Shown in pieces: positions 1 to 9,834 of a stretch of DNA of 64,000 bases (position 1 is its first letter; every line of letters starts with the position of its first letter). Origin of the DNA: a virus (taxonomy: Duplodnaviria; Caudoviricetes); IMG/VR virus record IMGVR_UViG_3300037047_000216, positions 10,078 to 74,077 of that record; one strand, 5' to 3'. The notes under the pieces are model-generated. The model saw only the letters and a list, made by a program, of their open reading frames with translations. It was not told the origin of the DNA and did not search any database. The translations under genes were made by a program, and so were the position numbers.

Positions 1-1
1 C

Positions 2-1087
2 TGGGATCGTTTCCAAGAGTCCATCAAAAACGTTCGGCGCACCCCACTACCGGACCCGGCCACGCTCACCGTCACGTTAGCCCCCGGGTTGACTTTCCCC
101 GTCAACTGGGACGTCCCCGAGAGCGCGTGTCTTCCACTGCCTTCTCACTATCGGGTCCCCGAGTTTGGGCAACTCGGAGTGGATGTCACCCATGCGCTGT
201 TGGCACTCCTGTGTCAAAGATCCCTGTATATCTGGGGCATGCCCGGTACGGGCAAGGATGCCCTCTTCCATGCCTGGAGTTGGAAAACCCGAACCCCCGC
301 CATCATTCGCCCTGTCAAACCGGGAGCCGACATCGAGGGGTGGTTTTTTTCCCGGGCCTTCAATGAAAAGGGAACCTTCTGGGAAGAGGGGGAGGTGCTT
401 CGGGCACTACGAGATGGCTATGTTACGGCGACAGGTCGCCGGGTCCCCTACCTCTTACTGGTGACGGATTTTGACCGTGCGGACCGACAGCAGGCTGAGC
501 ATCTCCGTTTGATCGCAGACTCAATCCTCGGGCGCGTGGACGGGCCTGCTGGTCGTACCTATAACGTTCTCCCAGGCACCATCATTGCGGCAACCGCGAA
601 CACTGCCGGAGGGGGAGATGAACGAGGCCGCATGATCAGTGCCAACCCGATCGATGCCTCGTTGATGGATCGTTTCGAGCGGAAGATCCAGTTTCACTGG
701 ATGGACTGGCAGGACGAGGGGCCAATCCTTCGTGCCAAGTTCCCGGTGCTCGTTCAGAAAGTTCCGAGTGTTTTTACCAAGATGGAAGATGTCACCAAAA
801 AACTCCGGGACGCGATTGCGAAAGACGACCTTCATGCAGAGTTCAGTCACCGGGCGATCTGTTCCATTTTGGGACATGCCGAGGACATCGTCAGAGTCAC
901 GAATCGAGTAGATCCCTACCTGCTGAGTTTTGCCAAGCGGGTTTGGGTGGATGGTCTTCCGGATGAGGAGAACCGCAAAAAAGCAGATCAGATCATGAGT
1001 CCTACGATGGGTGGAATCCTTCCAGAGGGGGACAAGTCCCACATCGGAGCGGGAGAGTTGTCGCTGGCCGTCCGGGGGAAAAAATGA
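2..1087 (+). CDS. AAA+ ATPase (MoxR/CbbQ/NorQ-like), 5'-partial
   Basis: Walker A GMPGTGKD, Walker B-like LLVTDFDR, sensor ATANT and DRF arginine finger; frame is open back to the window start, so the TTG at 89 is not the true start. Confidence 0.8.
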   Translation, partial: WDRFQESIKNVRRTPLPDPATLTVTLAPGLTFPVNWDVPESACLPLPSHYRVPEFGQLGVDVTHALLALLCQRSLYIWGMPGTGKDALFHAWSWKTRTPAIIRPVKPGADIEGWFFSRAFNEKGTFWEEGEVLRALRDGYVTATGRRVPYLLLVTDFDRADRQQAEHLRLIADSILGRVDGPAGRTYNVLPGTIIAATANTAGGGDERGRMISANPIDASLMDRFERKIQFHWMDWQDEGPILRAKFPVLVQKVPSVFTKMEDVTKKLRDAIAKDDLHAEFSHRAICSILGHAEDIVRVTNRVDPYLLSFAKRVWVDGLPDEENRKKADQIMSPTMGGILPEGDKSHIGAGELSLAVRGKK

Positions 1088-2004
1088 GCGTGCAGGGACA
1101 GACCCCCAGCGCCAAAAGTTTCCGAGAGCCTCTTCTTCTAACGCTGGGGGAGTTGACCTATTTCAAAGACGGTGTGCCCGTTTCTTACGACCGGGTTTAT
1201 GATCCAATCTTCTCCCGGATGAACATCGATCGGGCACAATACGGCGTCACAGACAACGATATCCCGTGGGTGGAACGCTGGGTTCAGTTTGCCTTCAAGG
1301 ATCTTTGCGAACAGGGACTAGGCGCGCGACATGGTCGAGGGAGGTGGGGATTGACCCCCGACGGGGTGCGGGCAGCATCGGCTCTGAGCGGCACCACGTC
1401 GTCCGTTGTCCCCGTAGGGGCGGCTCCCATTACCCCGCCGCCCGTCGTGCAGCCCCAAGTCCTACCAGCCCCCGTACCAAAACCCGACACGCAGTTCCTC
1501 TCCGACCCTTACATCCTCGGTCTGGTCGCCAGTAAGATGGGCTGTATGGGGGCGCTGTCCGAACAGGCTCCAACTTGTAAGGACTGTGCCCTTCAAAATC
1601 TGTGCTCGAAAGAGGTGCAAATTAGGCTGCTGGACATCGCGGTCACACTGGACGCGGAGGACAACCGAAAAGCCACGGCTCGTCCGAAGTCGGCGGCAGT
1701 TCCAGCACCCGCTCCAGTTGTGGCACCAGCGCCGCCGGTCGCAGCGACCCCGAGCGCTGTACCAACAGTTCAGACATCTTCTACTACCGAGATGATTCCG
1801 GCCGGGACTGGAGTTTTACCCGCGGGGGCAATCGTGAATGAGGTGCCCACGAAAGCGCAGACCCCTTGTCGGCGTTGCAGACAGATCATCCCCGTGGGGG
1901 AACGCGGAGTCTGGGTGTATATCGCTGGGTCCAATGCCCGGGGACGCGGATCCGCGATGTACCACAAACCCTGTTTCAAAGAAGAGTTTGGAAGGGATCC
2001 CTGA
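1084..2004 (+). CDS. Hypothetical protein with Mrr-N-like winged-helix segment and Cys clusters
   Basis: ORF coupled to the ATPase; segment WVQFAFKDL..QGL...GRGRWGLTPDG; CxxC motifs; Pro/Ala-rich linkers. Confidence 0.5.
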   Translation: MSVQGQTPSAKSFREPLLLTLGELTYFKDGVPVSYDRVYDPIFSRMNIDRAQYGVTDNDIPWVERWVQFAFKDLCEQGLGARHGRGRWGLTPDGVRAASALSGTTSSVVPVGAAPITPPPVVQPQVLPAPVPKPDTQFLSDPYILGLVASKMGCMGALSEQAPTCKDCALQNLCSKEVQIRLLDIAVTLDAEDNRKATARPKSAAVPAPAPVVAPAPPVAATPSAVPTVQTSSTTEMIPAGTGVLPAGAIVNEVPTKAQTPCRRCRQIIPVGERGVWVYIAGSNARGRGSAMYHKPCFKEEFGRDP

Positions 2005-2477
2005 TGACTGTCCAGCACTGGATTACCTCAGTCAAACAGTCGCTAGTGCTTTTGGGGCAAGCGGAGTCCGCCCAACTGGACCAGATGTCCATTCCAGATC
2101 TGGTGGTGTTTGGGCAACGGCTGTGGTGGGTCGTCAAACGGGCCAACAAAGTACTTGATGCCATCAAGGTACGTTTTCGGGACGAGGCTGCCAAAGTGCC
2201 TTCCGACGCTCCCGCCCGTTTTGACGCCCCTGATGGCTCACACTGTTTAGTGATTCCACACAAGGCATCTTTGTCGATGCGCTCAGATGCCGACATCCAG
2301 CATCTCAAACAAGCTCTGGGGGATCGGTTTGGGGACTATTTCGAGGAGGTCATCTCTTACAAGCTGCGGAAGGATTTCTCCACTCGGATTGCGTCATGTG
2401 TGGGGCCAGAACGAGTAGCACTTAATGATGCCGTCGATCAGGTAGACCGCACATCCCGAGTCATCTTCAAGGACTAA
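2004..2477 (+). CDS. Hypothetical protein
   Basis: ATG overlaps the upstream TGA (TGATG); in frame with track ORF 1866..2477. Confidence 0.6.
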   Translation: MTVQHWITSVKQSLVLLGQAESAQLDQMSIPDLVVFGQRLWWVVKRANKVLDAIKVRFRDEAAKVPSDAPARFDAPDGSHCLVIPHKASLSMRSDADIQHLKQALGDRFGDYFEEVISYKLRKDFSTRIASCVGPERVALNDAVDQVDRTSRVIFKD

Positions 2478-2487
2478 GGTTCCACGT

Positions 2488-3549
2488 ATGAGCAATTGGG
2501 TTTGGCCTCTTCCTGGTTACGTCGTGTGGGAGATCCCCCGATCAGGTATGAGGGGATCGTTCCAAGAGTTGCTAGAGGATCACACGTATCATTCGGGAGT
2601 GGATCTCGCGGCTCCGAAGGGTGCCCCCGTTCACGCGGTAGAGTCAGGTTTAGTCCGAAACGTCGGAACTCTGTTGCGCAACGACGCTTCGTTCCAGACC
2701 ATCTGCGTCGAGGGTTTTTCCGGGGTTGTCTGCTATTGCGAGATCCAGGTCGACGAATCGATTACCCCCGGAACCCAAGTGGAACAGGGGCAGCGCGTAG
2801 GAGTCGTTAAAGGGATCTGGGCACCAAACCCAGTTTTGCACTTGGAATTTTGGCAGGATTGGGCATCTGTTCCACACACTGCGGCAAACTGGACATCAGA
2901 GTTCTCTAGACCAGAGGGTCTTCTGGACCCCACGGAGAACCTCCTCCAGGCATGGACTCGGGTTACCCCGAGATTCCACCGAGACAGGCTGAGCCCTCCT
3001 GAGAACCTGGAAACCCGCCGGGAGTTGCTGTCCTGGTTGTCCTTGCATGACATCTGGACTTACCCCTGGACGTTTCTTGCGCCTCCGGATGGAACTGTTC
3101 CGGACGACCTTTTGGATCTGGACTGCGACAAATCCGGTTGGGTAGAGCAGTCAACTCGTTGGGGACGCATGGAACAGTGCCTTCATTTTGACTTTGTTTA
3201 CGTCGATCCGACGATAGAGGAAATCCAAGGGTTCGGGCATTGGTCGGAGGACCCGCGCAACACAGCGTTCAGGGTCTGGATCGAAGCACATACATGGTTT
3301 GAGGCCGACCCGGAGGCACAAAGGCATGAGCGTTGGGATCAGGGACACGTCCTGAATCTCGACTGCGGTGCCGAGAGCATGGAGGACGCCTTGTGCGATC
3401 TCGCTCTCCGTGTCCGTTTCTTTTTTGGTGATCGGGATACCCCCAGGGCAGACGGTCCTCGAAAGTGTGCTGACGAGTGCCGAGATGCCGGGGACGGTTT
3501 CTGCTCCGCTTGCGGGTATCTGGTTCTCTATCCCAGAGAGGTTAAATGA
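2488..3549 (+). CDS. M23 peptidase-domain protein with unknown C-terminal domain
   Basis: YHSGVDLAAPKGAPVHAVESG motif; the HxH motif appears as VLH. Confidence 0.7.
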   Translation: MSNWVWPLPGYVVWEIPRSGMRGSFQELLEDHTYHSGVDLAAPKGAPVHAVESGLVRNVGTLLRNDASFQTICVEGFSGVVCYCEIQVDESITPGTQVEQGQRVGVVKGIWAPNPVLHLEFWQDWASVPHTAANWTSEFSRPEGLLDPTENLLQAWTRVTPRFHRDRLSPPENLETRRELLSWLSLHDIWTYPWTFLAPPDGTVPDDLLDLDCDKSGWVEQSTRWGRMEQCLHFDFVYVDPTIEEIQGFGHWSEDPRNTAFRVWIEAHTWFEADPEAQRHERWDQGHVLNLDCGAESMEDALCDLALRVRFFFGDRDTPRADGPRKCADECRDAGDGFCSACGYLVLYPREVK

Positions 3550-3809
3550 ACGAGCCTCGAAGTTTAGATGAAGAACTGCTGTACGCTTGGTCCGAGGGTC
3601 AGGTTCAGGAGGTACTGCCTCTTGGCGGAGCTATGATTCAGCACGTGGAGCGTCTTCCGGACGGACTGCTGACCGTTTGGGGGCACATCGTGTGTGAACA
3701 CTGCCGTCTGTGCCCCCCTCAGGGGGATTGTCGGGGCCTCACGTGGGACGTACTGAAGGATCGCATCGTGCCCTGGACCCCGGAACCGCTCTATCCGGAT
3801 GAGCCCTGA
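3546..3809 (+). CDS. Hypothetical protein
   Basis: ORF with 4-nt overlap coupling. Confidence 0.55.
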   Translation: MNEPRSLDEELLYAWSEGQVQEVLPLGGAMIQHVERLPDGLLTVWGHIVCEHCRLCPPQGDCRGLTWDVLKDRIVPWTPEPLYPDEP

Positions 3810-4461
3810 CATGCCTGAACTGGTACAAAGAGTCTCGACCCGAGACGTGATCGCTTTTACCGTCCCTCCAAAGGCACAAGCGTTCATCCGTCAGATGGCG
3901 GAAAAAGCTCAGGTCGGCGGAACGTCTCACGTCCGGGATCCCCAGAGTCGAACACAGGCAATGGGTGAGGATCAGCTTGTAGGTCAGTTGGGGCAGTTCG
4001 CCCTATCCGTATACCTGACGGGGGATACCAAGGAGTACGTTCGGGCGCGGGAAAAGGCCAACGCCAATCCTACATCGGGAGACGGCGGAGCCGACATCCT
4101 GGACTCGAACATTGACATCAAGACTTCCCGCATGCGTGCTGGAGAGGATCCCGTCGGGTACACCCTCCCAGTCCGTCCCGCAGAGAGACACCCAAACTGG
4201 ATCTACATCCTTGCATTGGTTCCGAAAAAGAGGGACGATCTGGTGTACCTCGTTGGTTGGCTCAGGGATGAGGATCTCCCAACTGTTACTGACAGGAGCG
4301 GGGAGTTCCGGGGGTGTTACACAAGAAGGGCACGGGAACTGAGCCCTCTGCCTCCTTTCCGATGGCCTCGGGGTCAAATGGTGAACCTGGAGGGACCCCG
4401 GCAAGAGGTTCAGCCCGTGGAAGATCCGATCGCGTCGGCACAGGATATCTTCGATGCCTGA
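3799..4461 (+). CDS. Hypothetical protein, possible PD-(D/E)XK nuclease fold
   Basis: GQ..G....ADI...IDIKT pattern; overlap-coupled. Confidence 0.45.
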   Translation: MSPDMPELVQRVSTRDVIAFTVPPKAQAFIRQMAEKAQVGGTSHVRDPQSRTQAMGEDQLVGQLGQFALSVYLTGDTKEYVRAREKANANPTSGDGGADILDSNIDIKTSRMRAGEDPVGYTLPVRPAERHPNWIYILALVPKKRDDLVYLVGWLRDEDLPTVTDRSGEFRGCYTRRARELSPLPPFRWPRGQMVNLEGPRQEVQPVEDPIASAQDIFDA

Positions 4462-4720
4462 TGAGAACAAGTTCGCCAAGCTCCGCGAAATTGGCTACAC
4501 GATCCCACTAGGGTGCGAGGACTGTTCCCATGCGCAGTTCCCTCCCCGTGGGGATTGGGGGGAGTGCTCTTTTCACAGGTATGAGCACAAGAAACACACA
4601 GGACCGGATCGGGGTATCTCGATCACCAGATTCGGAACATGCCCTCAGTTGAAGCCGGATCCGAAGCGGCCCGCTGGGCGGTACGGTGCTCACGAGGAGT
4701 TTGTTCGGAAGGTGACTTGA
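4454..4720 (+). CDS. Small Cys-rich hypothetical protein
   Basis: CxxCxH and further Cys; coupled ORF. Confidence 0.55.
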   Translation: MPDENKFAKLREIGYTIPLGCEDCSHAQFPPRGDWGECSFHRYEHKKHTGPDRGISITRFGTCPQLKPDPKRPAGRYGAHEEFVRKVT

Positions 4721-4947
4721 TGGCTAGACTGACTCAGCGGGATCTGGTAGGTGTCATCACACGGCTTCGTGTCATCGCAAAAGATCTGAGGGAGGCTTCC
4801 CTCGGAGAGCGGATCCGAAACTACGAGCCTCCGGTTGTGATGGCTCGGGTGGACGGGCTGAATCGGTTTTCCGATTCGCTTGAGGATGCCGCGGATGAAT
4901 TGGAGTCGCTCATTCCTGATCGGGCTGTTCCGGCACTTCCCGACTGA
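4720..4947 (+). CDS. Hypothetical protein
   Basis: ATG overlaps the upstream TGA (MARLTQ...). Confidence 0.5.
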   Translation: MARLTQRDLVGVITRLRVIAKDLREASLGERIRNYEPPVVMARVDGLNRFSDSLEDAADELESLIPDRAVPALPD

Positions 4948-5563
4948 GCGCGTGAAACCGGCCCACAAAAGCATCCTTGGCCATTTTCGGGGACAAATAT
5001 TCGATCTCTAGCCCTGCCAGTTCCACCGGGATGTTGGGCAAACCCCAGTGCCCGGCCCTTTTCAGCACCGGGATCTGTTCCTTTTCAAACGAGGCAGCGA
5101 GGATGTCTGCCGCCTGAACCTCCGGGGCTGTGTAAAAGTCGATCCCCACTCCGAGTGCCTTCGCAATCACCTGATTGATGTTGCGCTCCATGTCCCCCCA
5201 ACCGATCATCTCCCCGTTGGGTTGCACCACTCGGATGTGTTTCCGCACAGGAGCCTGAAGATCATGGGTGTACGCCTCACAGGCGTCATGGAGGAGCCCA
5301 GACAGCATCTGCTGGGAGGAAGGCCACAGGATCTCGATGATTCGAGACACCAGGATCGAGTGCTCCGCAACCGTTACCGGCTCGGATTGTCCTCCGTACC
5401 GAAACTTGTACGCCAGTCCTTGTGCGATGTCCTCTAACCGAACATCCTCCACACGAGGCGAGATCGGTCGAAAACCACTTCCAGTAAAGGTGGGGATCCA
5501 TCCGTCCCAGTGCGCTGGACGACGCAATTTGACATCGGATGGACGAAGTTTGCTGCTCGGCAT
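4910..5563 (-). CDS. HD-domain phosphohydrolase (YfbR/DatZ-like deoxynucleotidase)
   Basis: TVAEHS and LLHDACEAY motifs. Confidence 0.8.
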   Translation of the reverse strand: MPSSKLRPSDVKLRRPAHWDGWIPTFTGSGFRPISPRVEDVRLEDIAQGLAYKFRYGGQSEPVTVAEHSILVSRIIEILWPSSQQMLSGLLHDACEAYTHDLQAPVRKHIRVVQPNGEMIGWGDMERNINQVIAKALGVGIDFYTAPEVQAADILAASFEKEQIPVLKRAGHWGLPNIPVELAGLEIEYLSPKMAKDAFVGRFHALSREVPEQPDQE

Positions 5564-5615
5564 TTTCTCTCCTTCGAGAAATGAGAACTCAGTGACTGTA
5601 CCGAGGCAGCAAGAG

Positions 5616-5649
5616 AAAAACCCACCCGGGTTGTCCCCGGGTGGGTTTT
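5616..5649. terminator. Intrinsic terminator hairpin, possibly bidirectional
   Basis: AAAAA-CCCACCCGGG...CCGGGTGGG-TTTT inverted repeat just past the HNH stop. Confidence 0.7.
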
Positions 5650-5652
5650 AGG

Positions 5653-6195
5653 TCAGGTCAAAGAGCCGTGCCAGTAGCTGACGGATCCCAGGTAGTCCTT
5701 CCAGGTCTCCGGGATATCCCCACCCCACAGGGTGAAAAGATCCTTCGACGGCAGGGACTTCGGTTTGACGGGCTGGCGCCGGAGTCTCATGCCCGCCTCT
5801 TCCGGCCTCCGGTTGGCCTTGTGCTGGTTGCAAGGAGTGCAACAGACCACAAGGTTCTCCCAGGATGCCTTACCCCCCAGGGACTCCGGGGTCACGTGGT
5901 CGAGCGTGAAGGTCTTGATGGACAGTTTCCGCCCGCAGTACTGGCATGCGCCCTGATCCCGGATCCACAGGTTTTTGCGGTTGAACTTCACCCCCCGCCG
6001 AAAGTACCCGCTCGTCTTGCTCAAGAAACGGATGACCGACGGCATCGGGAAGAGTCCCCCGAAGCTGTGGATGAACCTGTCGGCGTAGGTCGCCAAGACC
6101 TCCGCACGTCCCTTGAGCAGGTCTTTGATGGCCCGCTTCCAGGGAACTTGACCTAGGACCATGTAGCTACTGCTGAGTACGAGCGTGTCCATCAC
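5653..6195 (-). CDS. HNH endonuclease (McrA-like)
   Basis: RDQGACQYCG...TLDHVTPESLGGKASWENLVVCCTPCN. Confidence 0.9.
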   Translation of the reverse strand: MMDTLVLSSSYMVLGQVPWKRAIKDLLKGRAEVLATYADRFIHSFGGLFPMPSVIRFLSKTSGYFRRGVKFNRKNLWIRDQGACQYCGRKLSIKTFTLDHVTPESLGGKASWENLVVCCTPCNQHKANRRPEEAGMRLRRQPVKPKSLPSKDLFTLWGGDIPETWKDYLGSVSYWHGSLT

Positions 6196-6325
6196 ATCAC
6201 CTCATCTGTATCTCTTTCTCATGTTTGACTCCGATTGAACAGCGAACGTTGTGACTCGGCATCCCTAAATGTACTCGGAACGAGGTCTGGAAGCTAGTCT
6301 CTTCCGCGGGACGGAAAGGGGATGC

Positions 6326-7162
6326 TTACCAACCCTGGACTGGGCCTTCACCTTCGAACAACATGACGACGCGGTTGCGGACGGATTCCGGGAGCTTTTC
6401 CACCTCGTCCATCATCTCCTGACTGCTATGCCGCAGGGAGAAATGCGTCAGGACGAAAGTCTCGCAGCCGAGGCGCTCCAGATGCGGGGCAAGCTCGTCC
6501 AGGTGCGTATGCCCCATCTTGCGCGCGTACTCGACACTCACGTCCTTCCCCATGAAGGTACACTCGGTGACAAGCACCTTGACGTTCATCAGGTCGGGGT
6601 GCAACAGCGCCTCGGGCGTCGTGTCGCCCGTGAACGCCAAGACCGGCGTTTCGGCCGTATCCGTCACCTCGACGCCGCTCTTGCGGAGGCGCCCCACTTC
6701 CTCGCCCGGAAGGCCCACGAACTGAGCCTTCAACTTCGAGCGGGACTCGTAGAGCAGGTACCCCAGGCTCGGGAGCCGGTGACACGATCGGAACGGGACC
6801 ACCCGAAGCCCTTTTTTGAGATGCAGGGACTCGCCTGGAGGCAGAGCGACGAGTTCATAGCGGAACTCCTCGTTCTGAAGGCGCCCGAAAGCCTGAAGCA
6901 TCTCCCGGAACGGTTCCAGCATCTCCTGGGGCATCACGAACCGAGAGGGTTCCATACTCAGCATGTCCCGGGTTGCCGCGTGCACGACTGCCGCTGCCAC
7001 GTGGTCGACGTGGGCATGCGTCAGGAGCACGGTACGGCAGCTTCGTGCAGCCGGGGTGCAGAACCCCATGTCCACCGCGACGCCGTAGTTCTGCGCCACG
7101 AGACAGGTTCCGACCCCGCTTGCCGAAGCCCCCGTCAGCTTGAGACCGTTCAAGTCCAACAT
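6326..7162 (-). CDS. rnz: Ribonuclease Z-like metallo-beta-lactamase (short form)
   Basis: THAHVDH motif, FTGDT, TECTF, GHTH, LTHFS motifs. Confidence 0.8.
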   Translation of the reverse strand: MLDLNGLKLTGASASGVGTCLVAQNYGVAVDMGFCTPAARSCRTVLLTHAHVDHVAAAVVHAATRDMLSMEPSRFVMPQEMLEPFREMLQAFGRLQNEEFRYELVALPPGESLHLKKGLRVVPFRSCHRLPSLGYLLYESRSKLKAQFVGLPGEEVGRLRKSGVEVTDTAETPVLAFTGDTTPEALLHPDLMNVKVLVTECTFMGKDVSVEYARKMGHTHLDELAPHLERLGCETFVLTHFSLRHSSQEMMDEVEKLPESVRNRVVMLFEGEGPVQGW

Positions 7163-7184
7163 AGATCTCTTCCTCCCAGACCTT

Positions 7185-7212
7185 CTACTCGGATAAGGCC
7201 CGGAATGGTCCC
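7185..7212 (-). promoter_or_regulatory. Phage promoter motif (variant GGGACCAT-N14-GAGTAG)
   Basis: One of at least 23 copies; upstream of rnz. Confidence 0.6.
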
Positions 7213-7215
7213 ACG

Positions 7216-7290
7216 TACCCCCGACCGGATTTGAACCGGCGAAGCTACGGCGTGAAAGGCCGTTGTCCTAGACCGCTAGACGACGGGGGC
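7216..7290 (-). tRNA. tRNA-Glu(TTC)
   Basis: Cloverleaf; anticodon arm ACGGC-CTTTCAC-GCCGT. Confidence 0.9.
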
Positions 7291-7342
7291 ACAGCCTTCT
7301 GACCGAAGGCTTCAAAGACACACCAGGAGGGGACGGACCGAC

Positions 7343-7753
7343 TCAGATGTCGTTCTCGGACAGCAGCGAGGTCGTGGCCGTCGGGGGCGCCGCGACGGCC
7401 ACCGGGGGCTCGGGGGCCACGGGCTGCGGGGCTGCCACGGGCTGCGGCGTCCCGGGGCCGACCGGCGCGGCCTGATTCGCGACCGGCGCAGGGGTCGGGG
7501 CGGGCGTCGCATCCGCCTTCGCCGTGCGCGGGCGCTTCTGCGCCGACTCGCCCAGCTTGAAGAAGCTGAAGCCGTTAACGGCCTTCTGGCGCGTGACCTC
7601 GCCCGCCAGCCTCGAGAGGGACTTGTACACCGTGCCCTCGTACTCGAAGCCCGCATCGGTCACCGTCACGTTGAACGTGGTGCCCTTGAAGGTGCGAGTC
7701 AGAACCGTACCGACAGCCGGAACCCGCGGATCACGAACCTTTGCATCTGCCAT
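7343..7753 (-). CDS. DUF2924-like domain protein with Pro/Ala-rich tail
   Basis: P..GTVLTRTFKG...VTV...GFEYEG..YKSLS..A..VT....NG..FF.L pattern. Confidence 0.7.
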   Translation of the reverse strand: MADAKVRDPRVPAVGTVLTRTFKGTTFNVTVTDAGFEYEGTVYKSLSRLAGEVTRQKAVNGFSFFKLGESAQKRPRTAKADATPAPTPAPVANQAAPVGPGTPQPVAAPQPVAPEPPVAVAAPPTATTSLLSENDI

Positions 7754-7894
7754 TCGAATCGCTCCCATTTCCATTTTGCGTCCACCCCAACTTTGGGGGG
7801 CAACCTGATCTACTCGAACCGGGAGCTTGCCAGCATCCGGCCTGAGATGTCCAGCGAAAAAACACCTGGAAAGCAAAAAGGTGCTCGGTACGGG

Positions 7895-8398
7895 TCAGCC
7901 AAACAGCATGCGGGCGGGTGCCGTGATGTGCATGTGATCGAGGGTCATGTTTCCGGGGCCACTGAAGAGCCCGTAGCGCACGCCTGACGGGCATCTGGTC
8001 ACGACCATCAGGTAGGCCGTTTTTTCCCAGCCCGGAACGCCATCCCGTTCCATTTTCAGCACCAACTCATGCAAGGATTTCATGCGGTTCCTGAGCAGCA
8101 CATCCATGGAGAGTTCCTGGTGTTGCGGTCCCCAGCGCATTTCGTTCTCCGAGTGCCTGGGGACCAGTACCCGGTGACTGCCTACCTGGAAAAACACGAC
8201 CGGGTCGTCGAAGGGCAGCCCCATGTCAATAATGTGTACCGGGAGATCATCCCACGTCTCATCCCATTCCTTGAGGGTACACGCGGGTTTCGTCATCTCC
8301 TGAGCGGAAACTTTCGATCCCCGGAGTCCCAGCCAACCCCCAAGAAGGGTCGCGGCTCCCCCTCCTACAAATGCCCGCCTGTTTGCATCCATGTTCAT
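7895..8398 (-). CDS. Hypothetical protein with twin-arginine-like N-terminus
   Basis: NRRAFVGGGAATLLG N-terminus. Confidence 0.5.
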   Translation of the reverse strand: MNMDANRRAFVGGGAATLLGGWLGLRGSKVSAQEMTKPACTLKEWDETWDDLPVHIIDMGLPFDDPVVFFQVGSHRVLVPRHSENEMRWGPQHQELSMDVLLRNRMKSLHELVLKMERDGVPGWEKTAYLMVVTRCPSGVRYGLFSGPGNMTLDHMHITAPARMLFG

Positions 8399-8469
8399 AT
8401 TCTCCTTTCATCTCTTCTACTCTACACGGGTATGGTGCGATCGAAACAGAATTGAGGAGGAGGATTTCG

Positions 8470-9006
8470 ATGTTGATCCATGAGGAAAATTTCCAGCGGG
8501 CTCTGGAGGATGCTCGTAAAGATTCGGACACGTTTCAGGCATTGGCGGCTGAGATCATCGGGACGATCAACTACCTGACGACGCAGCTTCTTCTCTGCAT
8601 CCCGGACGTGACCAAAAAGCAGGATTTGCATGCGGAAGAGATTATGGATCTCTACACCGAGTGGCGATCCTGTCAGGACTTGTACCCTATTCAGGTTGTC
8701 CCGGCCATTGCTCCTCTTTCTGTGGCCATCATGGCAGATGCCTTCGCACTGGTTGAGAACCGGGATGCCAAAGTGACGGCATGTTTTTTCAATCCCCGGG
8801 ACTATGCCGACCTGCGGAAGTTCGGTCGAGATGTCCTGGATATCGAGTTGCGGGAAAAATATCGGGAGATGGGATGGGAATCGGTTCTCTGGGGCGCTAG
8901 GGTCATCTCGAACCCGGATGTGCCCCAGGGGAAAATTTACGTGATGGGGAAACGACGGGATACGGACGAGAACGTCCTGTCTATCATCACCGTTGTTCGC
9001 GGATAG
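8470..9006 (+). CDS. Hypothetical protein resembling a major-capsid-protein C-terminal segment
   Basis: GAGGAGG before ATG 8470; FFNPRDYADLRKFGRDVLD...LWGARV motif recalled from large-phage capsid proteins (not verified). Confidence 0.45.
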   Translation: MLIHEENFQRALEDARKDSDTFQALAAEIIGTINYLTTQLLLCIPDVTKKQDLHAEEIMDLYTEWRSCQDLYPIQVVPAIAPLSVAIMADAFALVENRDAKVTACFFNPRDYADLRKFGRDVLDIELREKYREMGWESVLWGARVISNPDVPQGKIYVMGKRRDTDENVLSIITVVRG

Positions 9007-9080
9007 TACGCCCGGAGGGATTTGAACCCCCGACCTTTGGCTTCGAAGGCCACCGCTCTATCCAACTGAGCTACGGGCGC
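9007..9080 (-). tRNA. tRNA-Arg(TCG)
   Basis: Cloverleaf; loop CTTCGAA. Confidence 0.9.
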
Positions 9081-9277
9081 GTACATTTGCCTCCCCGGTG
9101 TAACTCCGGGGGCGGATCGTTTTTCCAAAAGGGCATCTCAGCCCAAAACAATCCATCCAGATTCCCTGTTCGCCGGACACTGGATCCGAGTTTCTCGGTT
9201 TGACGGGAAGCCCAAGCCAACAATTTGGCGATGTGTTCCCTTACATTTTCGTTTCCGGCGCTCATCGGCACTCTCTG

Positions 9278-9350
9278 TGGGCGATACAGGGCTCGAACCT
9301 GTGACATGCAGGATGTAACTCTGCCGCTCTACCAACTGAGCTAATCGCCC
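9278..9350 (-). tRNA. tRNA-Val(TAC)
   Basis: Cloverleaf; loop GTTACAT. Confidence 0.85.
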
Positions 9351-9360
9351 TTTCTTCGCG

Positions 9361-9789
9361 TTACTTTGCCATATTCATGTTCAGAAAGCGAGGATCCCCT
9401 GTTACTTCTTCCCCTGCCCAATCCGGGATCTCGATGCTCTCGTCCTCCGAGGCCAACTCGATTTCCGCCAGCCAGACATTCAGGTCGAGGAAAAAGTCCA
9501 CGTCCCAACGGCCGATCCGACGCCGGAGTTTCGTGATCTTCGGACTGCACCGTTTCAGGATGTCCCACGCTGCCCGTTCCGGGATCTCGTACTCGAATTC
9601 CTCTCGGGAGATACCCTTTCCCGATTTGACCGTGATCGTCCCCTTCTTGGTCGAACCGTCGAACAGGTGCCGTACCCTGACGGAGGGGTCACCGACGAGC
9701 AGGTATCCCTGCTGGATCATCACCCCCTGCGGTAGAACTGGCAGTCGATCCGGCAGCACCAGGAACTTGCGCTCGATTTCGTAGGGCAT
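9361..9789 (-). CDS. CYTH-domain protein (adenylate cyclase/triphosphatase fold)
   Basis: EIERKFLV N-terminus, REEFEYEI, LAEIEL motifs. Confidence 0.9.
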   Translation of the reverse strand: MPYEIERKFLVLPDRLPVLPQGVMIQQGYLLVGDPSVRVRHLFDGSTKKGTITVKSGKGISREEFEYEIPERAAWDILKRCSPKITKLRRRIGRWDVDFFLDLNVWLAEIELASEDESIEIPDWAGEEVTGDPRFLNMNMAK

Positions 9790-9834
9790 CCAGAACCTCC
9801 CAAGGACGATCCATTCCCGGGAGATCCTACTCCA

